Under the pieces are notes generated by a model. It had not been told where the DNA came from and ran no database searches. It saw only the letters and a list, made by a program, of their open reading frames with translations. This document shows, in pieces, positions 12,640 to 25,734 of a DNA stretch of 64,000 nucleotides. Both the position numbers and the translations under genes were made by a program. Source of the DNA: Octopus sinensis (Eukaryota). Position 1 is the stretch's first letter. Each line of letters opens with the position of its first letter. The DNA lies in assembly GCF_006345805.1 (NCBI RefSeq), contig NC_042997.1:170748001-170812000 (forward strand), in the 5' to 3' direction.

Positions 12640-14130
12640 CATTATTAACACGCCTGGTAGCTAAAAAATTCCCAAGAAATCAGAGAGACCACTAGGTTAC
12701 AACAATGGATTAATAATTTTAGTGTAATAGATTAGTTTAAGAACCTTAAGAATAAGTATATAGCTAGATTTACTCAGTTCAATATTATAGCTTTTTATCC
12801 CTCCGTATCAAGTTCACTGTTTGATAAAACCATCGAGATGGCCAACTCACATGTTGATATAGACCCTGCAGACTTATACTTTATCATGGATGCGAGAAAA
12901 GCGCAACTGTTTAGTAAGGGCTCAGCATGGGTAAAACTGTCCGATAATGATGAATTGTTTGATGTATCAATGGGATCGTACGACAGTGCTGACGTCTGCA
13001 ATCTTGTAGGTCTCTTTGTATTAAACACATTGAGGTCCAATTACCCATCCTACAACGTTAGTCTATGCCGAGACGACGGATTAGATATTTCCAACGGCTG
13101 TGATGGTCAAACCCTAGATAAATTTAGGAAACAACTTACCTCTGCCCGCAGTCAATTGAGCCTTAAAATCCCAGTCGCTACTAATCTGTCTAAAGTTGAT
13201 TTTTTTAGATGTTTTCCTAGACCTAAACTCGTCCTCTTATAAACCTTATCATTAGTCCAACGAGAAACTTTCCTATATTCACAGTCTTGTCACCCCAGCC
13301 CCCATACTATTTAAAAACCTGATGCCAACATTAGTAGCAGAGTATCTAATATCTCTTCCTCTAAAGAAATTTTCGAGAAGGCAGCCCCCTATTACAACAA
13401 TGCCCTAGCCAATAGTGGCTTGAAGGATAAATTAATATATAACTTCTCTAAAAATAATGCGAACAATATTAATAGAAATAGACCTAAAAATAGACCTAGG
13501 TGAATAATTTGGTTAGCTTCTCCGCTTTTTCCCTTAATGTTAAAAACAACATAGGTAAAATATTTCTGTCTCTTTTAGACAAACATTTTCCAGAAAATCA
13601 CAGGTATAGGAAAATATTCAACAGGCGTTCAGTTAAATTATCATATAGCTGCTGCCCCAGTATGAAAAGCATCATTACACGCAAACATCACCAAGAACCT
13701 ACTGCCAGTTGTAACTATCGAGACCCAGGAACGTTTCTACTCGATCAGGGATGCATGATTAAATCCGTTATATATGAAGCAGGACGCTAGATGAAAACAT
13801 AATCGTAAAGAAGAGCTACACCGGGCGATGTGAAGGCGACTTCAAACATCGTTATACCAACCACCTATCTTCCTTCTGACACAGGAACAAAAGTAAAGCC
13901 ACTAAGTTAGCTAGACACGTATGGGATTTGAAGTCTAACGCCACACCACATACAATAAAGTAGAATATAGTTCAAAAGTCCACACTATATGTCAACGGAT
14001 CAAAAAAATGTAAGCTATGCGTAGCTGAAAGAACACAGATCCTTTTCAGATCTAAGAACTCTATCCCATTGCTGAATTCCAGATCTGAAGTTTTCAGCGA
14101 TTGTAAATATATGGATAAGTTCCTGTAGGC
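12640..14130 (+). mobile_element. Penelope-like retroelement, RT + GIY-YIG, 5'-truncated pseudogene
   Basis: QFNIIAFYPS, FDVSMGSYDSADVCNLVGLFVL, LCRDDGL, FSLNVKNNIGKIFLSLLDKHFP, VKLSYSCCPSMKSII, then SYTGRCEGDFKHRYTNH and CKLCVAE...LLNSRSEV. Stops and frameshifts present. Confidence 0.9.
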
Positions 14131-14677
14131 GAATTGGAATCCACATTTTTCAAAATTGTCATACAAGTTCTCGACCTATTGTTTTCATCAGATGCACTGA
14201 AAGATTAATGAGAAAAGACTGATCTCTCAGTTCTTTTTCGAGGTATTCACGACCGAAACCTGATAAAGTGAAGAATGCTATTGTTTTCAGTTGAAGTAAC
14301 TGAGTTACGAAGACTATAGATACACATGCTAAATACTTTTCTGTCTCTTTGGATCGATCAGTCTCATGGTCAAAGGGCAACACTTCGTAGTATGTTGATC
14401 GACGTGCGAAGGTAGACCTCTTATCGTTTCTATCTATCAACATTCTTTACACTCTTTCTTTAGCACTCGCAGAGATGAAACTAATAATTATCATACAGAC
14501 TGGACTGGAGGTTACAAACAAGCTGTGTACACACAAGCAATTGAACGAAGTTGTATATTCTTATATACTGTAACGACTAATATTATGTATATAATATGGC
14601 CATTTGTAACATACCAATCATTATTTTTCTTCAAATAATATTTTTCTTCGTCATATCTGATCAGTATCATGGACATT

Positions 14678-14992
14678 GTGGAGGCGCAATGGGCCAGTGG
14701 TTAGGGCAGCGGATTAGCGGTCGGAGGATCGCGGTTTCGATTCCCAGACCGGGCGTTGTGTGTATTTATTGAGCGAAAACACCTAAAGCTCCATGAAACT
14801 CCGGCAGGTGGGGGGGGGACCCCTGTTGTACTCTTTCGCCCCAACTTTCACTCTTTCTTCCTGTTTCTTGAGTAACGCTGTGATGGACTAGCATCCCGTC
14901 CAGCTGGGGGGGGGGACACATACGCCACAGAAACCAGGAAACCGGGCCTATGAGCCTGGCTAGGCTTGAAAAGGGTGCATAAATAAAAATAA
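14678..14992 (+). mobile_element. SINE family C head with alternative tail (type 2), with TSD
   Basis: Same head and core as 7591, diverging after CTTCCTGTTTC into TTGAGTAACGCTGTGATGGACTAGCATCCCGTCCAG...; TSD ATCATGGACATT (14666-14677) / ATCATAGACATT (14993-15004). Confidence 0.85.
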
Positions 14993-15414
14993 ATCATAGA
15001 CATTAAAATTCCATTGTTACAGACGTAGTCAGAGGAAAGAAGTTGGCACCCTTGAACCTTCTTAAGGTCACTGTGATTGGTGAGAAGAAATTAGGAAGTT
15101 ACACTTATATCGTAGAACTAAATGCTTGCATCAAACTGGACTCGGTTAAAGACACCCGAGCGCCATATAGTAGGGTTAAACTGAGTGACAGATTATTATA
15201 CTACCAAAGAATAGAAATAGCCACTCTGACAGGCTTCAACACAGTTTCCATGCAACAAATTTCACTCAAAAGCATTCGCTAGATCCGAAGTTATGGTAGA
15301 AGATACCACATTGTGAAATCAAACCTGATCTAATTACCTAGTTGAGAAATTAAATGTTCAACCACAACCGCTATGAGTGGACAAAACAGTTTGATATCTT
15401 TCAAATCATACCAC

Positions 15415-15660
15415 GGTGACGGTGGTGGTGGTGGTGGTGACGTTGGTGGTGGTGGTGGTGGTGGTGGCGGCGGTGGCAGCGGTTGCGGAGGTGGCAGCGT
15501 CGGTGGTGGTGGTGGCGGTGGTGCGGTGGTGGCGTGGTGCGGTGGTGGCGTGGTGCGGTGGTGGCGTGGTGCGGTGGTGGCGTGGTGCGGTGGTGGTGGT
15601 GATAGTGGTCGCAGTGGTGATGGAGGCGGCGGCAGTGGAGGTGGCTGTAACGGCGGTTGC
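15415..15660. repeat. (GGT)n / (GGTGGCGTGGTGC)n G-rich low-complexity tract
   Basis: Direct reading. Confidence 0.9.
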
Positions 15661-15907
15661 GTTAATGGTATTGCTGTGGCTTAACCCACAAACATCTTAC
15701 AGACCACACACGCACACAAGAAAAGCCATTCTGCTGATTAGCAAAGAATCACCTACTAACATACTATAACCACCACCTCACAGATACGCACCTTCTCTCT
15801 ACCACAACGGCTTCTGATCATCACATCAAGAAAGCTGTACGCACCCTTCCATCCAAGCTCATACAATGTACACGTCCCTTTTCCTCTCATCAACAGCTTT
15901 TTATATG

Positions 15908-16138
15908 TTTCTTTACTACCCACAAGGGGCTAAGCATAGAGGGGACAAACAAGGACAGACAAACGAATTTAAGTCGATTATATCGACCCCAGTGCGTAAC
16001 TAGTACTTAATTTATCGACCCCGAAAGGATGAAATGCAAAGTCGACCTCGGCGGTATTTGAACTCGGAACATAACGGTAGACGAAATACGGCTACGCATT
16101 TCGCCCGGCGTGCTAATGGTTCTGCCAGCTCGCCGCTT
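15908..16138 (-). mobile_element. tRNA-derived SINE, family B
   Basis: Reverse complement of the family B consensus AAGGCGGCGAGCTGGCAG...GAGTTCAAAT.CCGCCGAGGTCGAC...GTGGGTAGTAAAGAAA. Confidence 0.9.
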
Positions 16139-16139
16139 T

Positions 16140-16275
16140 TTATAACACGCTTCCACCCCTTACACTGAACCTTTTTCCAAGCCATTCCTCCGTAAAACTG
16201 GGTCCTTGTGGAATGCCCTCCTTCCCTTACTGACATCAGCATATGATAGTTCAAACTAAACATTAATCGCACTGA
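16140..16275 (+). mobile_element. Short 3'-terminal fragment of a CR1/L2/Jockey-group LINE
   Basis: FSKPFLRKTGSLWNALLP...AYD resembles the LINE C-terminal SFF.RT..LWN.LP motif. Confidence 0.45.
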
Positions 16276-16391
16276 TTTTTTTTTTGTCTTGGAGGGAGGA
16301 CCAACGAAGGTCAAGAACTCTAGACATCCTTCCTCCATTAATTACCAATAATAAATACGTATACATACAGCATATTCACTATCATACATCT

Positions 16392-16434
<43 letters not shown>

Positions 16435-16443
16435 CACACACAC

Positions 16444-16477
<34 letters not shown>

Positions 16478-16594
16478 ACACACTCACACACACATTTGTA
16501 TACATTCGAATACGCAAAGGCAATCAATTACGTTGTTTATAGTTGCGTATGAATTATACATAAGCAGTGATAAAATCATGCATCTACATGCATA

Positions 16595-16626
<32 letters not shown>

Positions 16627-17794
16627 ACGCACACGCACACGCACACAAACACACACATACACCACACACATACACAAAACGAAGGAAAATGCACGGAAAT
16701 GTTATGTTGTACAAAATATATTTATATTTTTTTATGAAATAAAATATTTACAAAGACTACCGGTTTTGCTTATGCTGAACACAAACATATTCTCGTGAGT
16801 GTGTGTGCGCGTGTGTATACATTATACATACATGTACAAATGAATGCGCGAATGCAGGCAAGCACACGACAAACGCACACAGTGAACATGCTCACATATA
16901 CACAGGGTCTAGCTTACACTCACCAATTGATAAAACTGGCGATTCATCAACTCATTTTAGCTATTTGAAAACACTATAGAGTTCTGGAACCACATAGTGT
17001 CACCAATTGATGCTGGATGACTAATGTCAGTAGAAGTTTACAATGACATACACAGGCACACATACACTTAAATTTTGCCAGATACGTTAACAAGGCACAA
17101 TGAATACCTGGCGTACATACACACACACGCGCGTGCACGTGCAACTACACACACACAGGCACATGATTAAATAATTACCTTCGCATGACAACACACATAC
17201 ACTCGAATATACGCGCTCGTTCGTATGCATGCCGCTATAGGCAAATAAAGAAATACGCCCGTTGACATTCTTTGGCGCTGCATCGAAGACACCGAAGAGC
17301 AAAAGAAAAATGGAGTAAGAAAAAACGCACCAGAGCTGAAGACAACTCTGAAAGGAGACGGGGCGCCACGTCGAAAACGGGGCGCCACGTTAGAGGAATA
17401 GGGCTGAAGCCGGACGTGGTTCTTCCTGATGATGTCTTTAGACACTGGATCCTATAAAGGAGCTGTTGAGGTAGTGAACCACGAAACCTGGTTGGAATTC
17501 CTTCTGAGTTACCGTTCAAAGCTCTATTTGAGCCAAGCAAATTAAGACTACTACCTTAGCTGAAAGCCACTCTTCTATAGCGTCAAAATTCGACTTTGGA
17601 AATAATTATACGTAGAATAGATTTTAGCCAGTGAAAATCATTTTTGGCTGTTTTGCTTCTAAACTGTTACTTCTATGGGATTGTAATTAACAGATGTGAA
17701 ATGTGTGATCAAAAGAGATTTGTATGATCCACGATTTACATACTGTTTTTTAAATGTGTATGTGCGCTTCGAATGTGAATGTAGGAAGATAGTA

Positions 17795-17851
<57 letters not shown>

Positions 17852-17856
<5 letters not shown>

Positions 17857-20211
17857 CTTTATTCACCATAAGGTTGAGAAAAAGAGGGGACAAAACAAAC
17901 GTTGGGGTCAGGGTATCGAATGAGACGAAACATGAATAAACAAACAATTAATATATATACAATTAAATGAGAATGAGTGATTAACAAAAAATGAAGCGGA
18001 GGACGCGGTCGACCCCACAAACCACATACTCACACTGAGGACTTTGCTTTATCCTTTTTTACATTCTCGATTAAATAGGTTCTTTCACTCGCAACATACT
18101 TGCTATAGACTTCCATCTTTTACGAAACACACTTTGCGACAGGCATTTCTTCTCCAGCCTTATTTTCCGTTTCATGTGGAAAACGAAAAAGTCGATTAGC
18201 TCGAGACTGGAGATAAACATGCCTGTTGCAATTCCTTTTACTCTCGTCTTCCACACTACTTCTTTCGCCATAGCAACTACCGAAAGAAAACAGGCTCGCT
18301 CCTCCCTATTCAGGAAGGTCGGCGGAACTATCTTAATTACAGATTCGCTCGACAGTTGTACTCTTCTCGAATGCGACAGCAGGTGTTCGACATAAGTCCA
18401 GAGTTCAGTCACCTTGGGGCATTGCACAATCGCGTGCAGGACAGTTTCACTGTCCCTCTTACATCTTGCACAAACCGGCGAAGGTGCACACCCATGTCTA
18501 AAGAGCTTATCTCGAACCGGTAAAGCTCCTCTGTAACATTGCCAGGCCAGGGACTTTTGGTAATTATCCATAGGCCCGGACCGAATGTTCTTTGGAACAG
18601 GCTGGCCAGTTGATTTTCGTCGAAGCCAGAGTTTCTCCTAGGACGTCGTCACACTTAAACTCTACTAACCCTCTATAGAAGAACGCGGTAGTAGCCCCGC
18701 CACCGGCGTTGCCCGACTGGGAGAGAAGCACGAGTGCCTGATAGCACTCTGCATGCCACATGCCCAACCTCGGTCTACACTTGATCCATGGGTTCAGTTC
18801 GTTAAACGATGTGAACTGTGGAAATAACAGCTTGACAAACGGAGACCACACCTGCTCACCGTCCAGGTAAATCCAGAGGTGCCTAAGCCTGAGCGCATGT
18901 CTGCGCATTTTTAGCCACGGCATCCCTAACCCACCGTTCAGCGGCTTTTGGCAGCAAATAGAGCGCCTTACAAGAGGTCTGCTGCCCCTCCACAAAAAGC
19001 GAAAGAGCATGCGTTCCAGTTTGTTCAGCCACGAATCGGGGCAAGGCACTACGGTTAGGCGGTAAGTGATTACAGAGGCGATAAACACTTCTGCAACCTC
19101 CGCCTTCCCTTTCAAGGACAGATTCCGTTCAGACCATGTCTGAGTTAGGAGAGCCACCTTCTCGCCACCTCGCTCCAATCTTCTCTATCTGGAGATCTGG
19201 ACCTAACCAGATCCCAAGCATTTTCACCGGTCCTTCCGTCCAACGTCCTACGACACTGTCGGAAGACATCGACTTGCCCCTCCAGGTGCCGAGTTGCAAG
19301 CCGACCGATTTATCCCGGTTGACTTTCGCTCCTGCCACCGCTTCGTAGTCCTTAAGGCCTCACCCACCCACTGTAGGTGCTCGACTCGGGAAACGATGAC
19401 GGTGATGTCGTCCGCATACGCCGAAGCTGACTTTCCCACCCTAGATCTGCGGGGTGCCTCTCATAGTTTCCAACCTCCTCAGCAACGGCTCGAGGGCCAA
19501 AACGTAGAGAAGCGGGGAGAGAGGACACCCTTGACGTACCGAACGTTCAATGCTGAACGGCTCCGAAAGGAAACCATTTACCCGAACTACCGATTCGATG
19601 TTGCTGTATAAAGCGATGATCCATCGCGGAAGGTCGGGCCGAAGCCAGCCGCCGCGAGGACCGTCGCCAGATACTGATGGTCCACCCTATCAAACGCTTT
19701 CGATTGGTCCAAGTGGACCATAGCCCCACCCTTGCCAGGAATCCTATTTACCCTTTCTAAGGCATAGCGTAGAAAGTGGAGATTGTCGTGGATGGTCCTT
19801 CCAGGGATGGCGCAATTTGCGCCTCGCCAACAAGTTCACCCACGACCCTCGCCAACCTTTTTGCTAAGACCTTGGCCAAGATCTTCAACTCTGCGTTAAG
19901 CAGAGTGATAGGCCGGAAATTATCAATTAAATCCCCCTTGTTTGGGTCCTTTCTTAACAACGCTACCACCCCTCGGCTCACAGACTTAGGAATTCTCCCG
20001 TTCTGCTGCTAGTTGGTGTACACGCATGCAAGTAGGTGCCCAAACAAGTCTGGCATGCTACTATAGAGTTCGTAAGGCAGACCATCGAGTCCCGGCGATT
20101 TGTCTCCGCCGCAGTCTGCCAACATATCCTCGACTTCTTTGGCTGTGATCGGCGCCTCACAGGATTCCGCGTCCGGCCCCGATAGACGCGGCGAACCGGC
20201 TAGGAAGTCAA
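17852..20211 (-). mobile_element. L1-clade Tx1-type LINE, 5'-truncated, flanked on both sides by (TC)n
   Basis: KSPGLDGLPYELY, LLRKDPNKGDLIDNFRPITLLNAELKILAKVLAKRL, AYADDITVIVS, LAWQCYRGALPVRDKL, C-terminal CARCKRDSETVLHAIVQC. (GA)n on the plus strand at 17793-17851 and 20212-20235. Confidence 0.92.
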
Positions 20212-21333
20212 AGAGAGAGAGAGAGAGAGAGAGAGGTGGTCTCCTATAATTTGTTGCTGTGGCTGTGTTGGCGTATTTTTTATATTGTGTAGTGAGAAAG
20301 GTGTCAAAACACAATTATGGAAAGATTTATGATCCTTTGATCTCTCAATGTTTAAAAGTTATTGCCCTAATTTACTCGTTTCCGTATTTTATTATAAAAG
20401 TGTGACAGGGTTTGTCATTTGATTTGATCTTTACCCGAGCCCATCAGACAGAAGTTCTGTGTGATGTATTATATGTAACCGGGCGTAAAGCGGAAATGTA
20501 ACAAAGTGAAATTGTTGAGTGGAAACAGAGACAATTCCTTTGTACTGTAATCCCTCGCCATACTGCGGTTTATTATTTAAGCTTACGTCAATTCCTCTGT
20601 GATGTTTCGCATTTATAATAAAATAGATATATACGAATTATAATATATATATATATATATATATAGTCGAAGGATTGCTGTATTCAAATTATACTTTTTT
20701 TTTATTGTACAATAAGATTTTTCCATAAACTATCATTTCAGACAGAATTTGTAACAAGATAGTTTTTAATCAAGCAATAGCTTAATTTAAAACTACCATA
20801 CTTGTTTTAGGTTAATATATAGTTTTGGGGATTAAGAAATGGAAGTAAATTGACCGGAAGTAACGATGATGATACCTGATAAACCTATGATATAATCAAT
20901 ACATAGTAACATACGTATATTTAATATAATATGAAAACCAGGTTATAGTACATGTATATTTATATTTATATAAAGTATACCTATATTTTAGACAAGATGA
21001 AAGCAATTATTTCCGCTGGGTTGGAACGGTGTACTTCAGATGGTATTTCTGAAATACTTAAGATATCGGATTTGAATTTTGGCACAAGGCCAACAATTAT
21101 GGGGAGAGGGTGGGCAGGTAAATCGATTTCATCGACCTCAGTGCTTATTTATGTCACAGAACTCATCAGCTTCTAACTCCTAACCTGCTTTATGTAATTC
21201 GTTTTCAAACGAAGACTGTGGACCAGCGTTTTTCGACCGGAGTTCCGTAAAAGGTTCCTAGGTGTTCCGCGAGAAAGAGTGAGATAAGCCAATGCTAATT
21301 TCATGATCGTAATATATATATATATATATATAT

Positions 21334-21639
21334 ATGGGATTGCACCTACAAAGTTACCCTCCTAGACACAAGTCCGGGCAAGGTTGTTTATGGAAGACCA
21401 GCAGTCGCCCATGCATACCAGCCTCCCCTCTCCACGCCACCAGTGTTATCCAAGGGAAAGACAAAGGTCGATACAGCTTAGCACCAGTGACGTCGCAACT
21501 CATTTCTACAGCTGAGTGAACTGGAGCAACGTGAAATAAAGTGCCTTGCTCAAGAACACAACACGCAGCCCGGTCCGGGATTCGAGCTCACAACCTCACG
21601 ATCGTAAGCTCGACGCTCTAACCACTGAGCCATGCGCCT

Positions 21640-21643
<4 letters not shown>
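21334..21643 (-). mobile_element. tRNA-derived SINE, family D, within (TA)n
   Basis: Minus strand GTGAAGGCGCATGGCTCAGTGGTTAGAGC...CTCGAATCCCGG head, central CTTGAGCAAGGCACTTTATTTCACGTTGCTCCAG domain; (TA)n on both sides. Confidence 0.85.
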
Positions 21644-21717
<74 letters not shown>

Positions 21718-21788
21718 GTATGCATGTATGTATGTATGTATGTATGTATGTATGTATGTATGTATGTATGTATGTATGTATGTATGTA

Positions 21789-21819
<31 letters not shown>

Positions 21820-21957
21820 ATAATTTAGAGAAAAAACGCTATTTAGTTATTCAATCCATACCAAAACGATATTATCTATAATACCCACATAGAAATTAAT
21901 TAAATATATTATAATTATTAATCTAAAAATCACAAAACAAATCAAACATTAAATGTC

Positions 21958-21989
<32 letters not shown>

Positions 21990-22464
21990 GACATTTACCA
22001 CGTGAACTACAATGAAAAAAACTGAGAAAGATATAGTATACAATTTTTTTGTGCTGGGTTTCCTTCAGAAATGTAATTTATTTTAAGGGTTACACAAATG
22101 TAAAAAGGTTTAGAAACTCTGCGTGGACAGTAAAAAGTGAACAGATTCCTCAGCAGCGGCGAAATCTAACCCTAGGTTGCACACAATACCTTCAGCATGC
22201 ACACTTTGAGAGCCAAACCGTCTACGAGCGGCGGGAAATAACCGTGCTCAGTTTAGCTGACAGTCATTCAGAGCATTTATGTTAAAGTGGCATGGAAGGA
22301 ATAACATCCATTAAAAACTGTTGAAAGATAGCTACCAAAAAGCTTCATGGATATATGTTTCTTTGTATATTAGTGTGTATACGCTCGCGCGCGCGTGTGC
22401 GTGTGTGATCCTGCGTGTGAATAGCCGTTATGTACGTTTAAGCTAACATAAGTACCTTATAAAT

Positions 22465-23378
22465 ACCTGACGACATGTGGAACAACATGAAATCAGCAAT
22501 ATATGATTGTGCGTCGATGGCCTTTGCAACGGATCGACTTTCCAAGGAGGACTGGATCGAAGCCAATGCATCAATACTAATGCCAATACTTGAGAAAAGA
22601 AAAAGCGCAAGAACTTCATAAAGCACAATAGAAATCCAACAGAAAGTACGAAGCAACAGCTACGTGCTGCAAAATCCAACCTTCAAAAAGAAACTAGAAA
22701 ATGTGCTAACCAGTACTGGGATAAATTATGCTTAGAAATTCTACAGGAGAGTGATATGGGTAACATCAGGAAAATGTATGAGAAGATTAGAGTTACTATC
22801 AGACCAACAGTGAGTAAAGTGACACCTCTCAAGTCTTCAAAAGGTGACCATTTGACGGACAAGAAGAAACAAATGGAAAGATGGGTGGAACATTACTCTA
22901 AATTGTACACAAAGGAACGAGATGTTGATAGACAGCATGAGGAGGCCATTCCTGAGCTCCCTGAAATGACAGAACTTGATACACCACAAACAGAAGAACT
23001 CTCCACTGCAATCGATGAACTTGCAAACGAAGCAGAAAAGCACCCTCAATGACAATATACCTGCTGAAGTGTTGAAAGAGAACAAAGATGCCCTCCTTCC
23101 ACATTTATACAAGTTACTAAAGACGTGTTGGCTGGAAGTAAAAATTCCACAGGATATGAAAGATCCCAAGATCATCACTCTCTACAAAAATAAAGGGGAC
23201 AAGGGAGATTGAAATAACTACAGAAGCATCTCACTTCTGAGCATCACTGGAAAAGCTTTTATGAGGATCATTCTGAAACGATTTCAGAAGCTAGCAGAAA
23301 GAGTACTACCAGAGAGCCAGTGCGGTTTTAGATCTAACCGCTCAACAATGGATATGATCTCCATTCGTCAACTACAGG
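22465..23378 (+). mobile_element. RTE-clade LINE fragment (linker and RT N-terminus)
   Basis: QMERWVEHYSKLY, DNIPAEVLK, KDPKIITLYKNKGDKGD*NNYRSISLLSITGK, VLPESQCGFRSNRSTMDMI: RTE/BovB-like; frameshifted. Confidence 0.9.
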
Positions 23379-23693
23379 GTCTTAACAAAAATAAAATAAA
23401 ACATGCAGCAACTCTCTCAAAGGAAGAGACATTATTTTCCATTAAGGATTTATAGAACAGCTCTGAAAAATCGAGAATACTAAATATAAGAGAACTATCG
23501 TTTCACCAGATTACTTATTTTATAAACATAAAACCGTTTGTTTAATTCGCATTGTCGCTTTGGAAACGGAGGAGTGAAACTTTGTATGCGATGAGCTACA
23601 TATATTATTTCTCGTTGCATTATTGTGCATGTCTATGTGTATATGTGCGCGCCTGTACATATGCATGCTTGTTTCTGTGTTATACATTAATGT

Positions 23694-24085
23694 TGTCGTC
23701 GTGGCACTCCGTCGGTTACGACGGCGAAGGTTCCAGTTGATCCGATCAACGGAACAGCCTGCTCATCAAATTAATGTGCAAGTGGCTGAGCACTCCACAG
23801 ATACGTGTACCCTTAACGTAGTTCTCGGAGAGATTCAGCGTGACACGAGTATGACAAAGCTGTCCCTTTGAAATACAGGTACAAAAGAAACAGAAAGAAA
23901 GAGTGAGTGAGAGAAAGTTGTGGTGAAAGAGTACAGCTGGGTTCGCCACCACCTTCTGCCGGAGCCTTGTGGAGCTTTAGGTGTTTTCGTTCAATATACA
24001 CTCACAATGCCCGGTCTGGGAATCGAAACCGCGATCCTACGACCGCGAGTTCGCTGTCCCAACCACTGAGCCATTGCGCCTCCAC
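23694..24085 (-). mobile_element. SINE family C (tail type 1), with TSD
   Basis: Reverse complement of the 7591 copy; TSD ATACATTAATGT (23682-23693) / ATACAATAATGT (24086-24097). Confidence 0.9.
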
Positions 24086-24862
24086 ATACAATAATGTACG
24101 TATAAGCCAAAAGAAAAAAACCTGAGGCAGATATGACACGATTCAGCCATTAAGATCTCAGTGTGTGTCCTGATAGTTGAAGGTATGTTTAGTGATTATA
24201 GACTATCTTTGTGTAAACAGGGTCAATTAAATACATGAATTAAAAATTTGAAACGAGCTAATGGACATAATTCGAACATAATCAATACTGTTTTAGATTT
24301 AAAAGACAAGACACGCTCTATACATTTCCAATGTTGATGTCTGGTGAAGTATTGTAGCTATAAAAATAAAAGTAAACACGGTCAGGGTTTTCTTAAGAAA
24401 AATGTTATCCCCATTACGTCATTATAGAAATATTTCAAAAGATTTCTTTCCATTGAAAGTTAATCGTATTTCTCTAAATGATATATATATATATACATTA
24501 AAAAAAAAAAACGCAAATTTCATGACATCGTAACAGAATATTTCCTTGACAGAAAAGTGCTGATTTAAATGGTTCCGAAATGTTGGAAGATGAAAGGCTA
24601 AATAGTCCTCAGTGGGAATTGAATTCAAAATGTTGAAGGGAAAAACTTTTTCTCCGTTTATTCTCTTCATTCTATTGAAAATTTAGTGACTTGCATTATT
24701 TATTTTTTTGTTTGTTTGTTTATAAGGGGAAATATTTGCCAAGATACAGATCCATTTCTCTTCTATTTTTTCTTGCTGTTCGTCAAGTAAGATTAGCGAC
24801 GTGGAATATGGAAAATATATGTATAAAAGAGTAATAATGACGGAACTATTGTCGAAAAATGT

Positions 24863-25257
24863 AGGGGTGGCTGTGTGGTAAGTAGCTTGCTTACGAACCT
24901 CATGGTTCCGGGTTCAGTCCCACTGCGTGGCACCTTGGGCAAGTGTCTTCTACTATAACCTCGAGCCGACCAAAGCCTTCTGAGTGGATTTGGTAGACGG
25001 AAACTGAAAGAAGCCCGTCGTATATATGTATATATATGTATGTGCGTGTATGTTTGTGTGTCTCTGTTTGTCCTCCCAACATCGCTTGACAATCGATGCT
25101 GGACTGTTTAGGTCCCCGTAACTTAGCGGTTCGGCAAAAAGACCGAAAGAATAAGTGCCAAGCTTACAAAGAATAAGTCCTGGGGTCGATTTTCTCGACT
25201 AAAGACGGTGCTCCAGCATGGCCACAGCCAAATACTGAAACGAGTAAAAGAGTAAAA
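24863..25257 (+). mobile_element. SINE family A, full length
   Basis: Homologous to 1138-1508. Confidence 0.88.
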
Positions 25258-25264
25258 GGGAATC

Positions 25265-25485
25265 TACGAGGGGTTGCTAAAAAGTTCTTAGCTTTGGGTA
25301 CAAGAAAATACTGGAGGATCAGTTAATTATGATTTTATTCAACATATTCTCCTCTCAGGTTGATACACTTATTACAGCGGTCCTTCAGTTTTCCTAAGTC
25401 TTGTTAAAGAACTAGGAAAGTTTGGCCTCCATCCAAACCTTTCGCGACATCCTTAAAGCCAGGAACTTTTCAGCACCCTTTCGTA
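25265..25485. mobile_element. Mariner-type MITE
   Basis: TA-flanked imperfect ~30-bp TIRs: TACGAGGGTTGCTAAAAAGTTCTTAGCTTT versus the reverse complement of AAAGCCAGGAACTTTTCAGCACCCTTTCGTA. Confidence 0.8.
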
Positions 25486-25513
25486 TATGTGCGTGTGTTT
25501 GCATGTATGTATG

Positions 25514-25643
25514 TATACCAATTAAGGACTGAACACGAAAAGTGGACAGTCAACATGCTAGATATAGACGTCAAATCGCCATTTGACGTCTATATCTAGC
25601 ATGTTGACTGTCCACTTTTCGTGTTCAGTCCTTAATTGGTATA
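25514..25643. repeat. Perfect 63-bp inverted repeat with a 4-nt loop
   Basis: Arms 25514-25576 and 25581-25643, loop CGCC. Confidence 0.97.
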
Positions 25644-25734
25644 TATAAATATTTTAATCTTCGGATTCTTTTTTAATATGCTAGACCACTGATTTTAATT
25701 GATAAATATCAATTTCTACCCTTAATTAATTTTA

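Noticed and set aside
13870-13885. In-frame TGA in the PLE endonuclease as a possible selenocysteine codon (reported for some Naiad PLEs)
   Set aside because: It lies in SSF*H, where Arg is expected (CGA to TGA decay); the Cys positions use TGT/TGC; I found no convincing SECIS.
14140-14260. Hammerhead-like fragments downstream of the PLE ORF (minus strand CUGAUGA...GGUCGAGAAC; plus strand GGU...ACCGAAAC)
   Set aside because: Too degenerate to fold into a full motif.
15373-15769. Glycine-rich or valine-rich ORFs resembling a structural protein
   Set aside because: They coincide exactly with a (GGT)n tract, are open in several frames, and have no non-repetitive domain.
17420-17450. CUGAUGA-UGUC-UUUA-GACA hairpin
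   Set aside because: No GAAA follows stem II.
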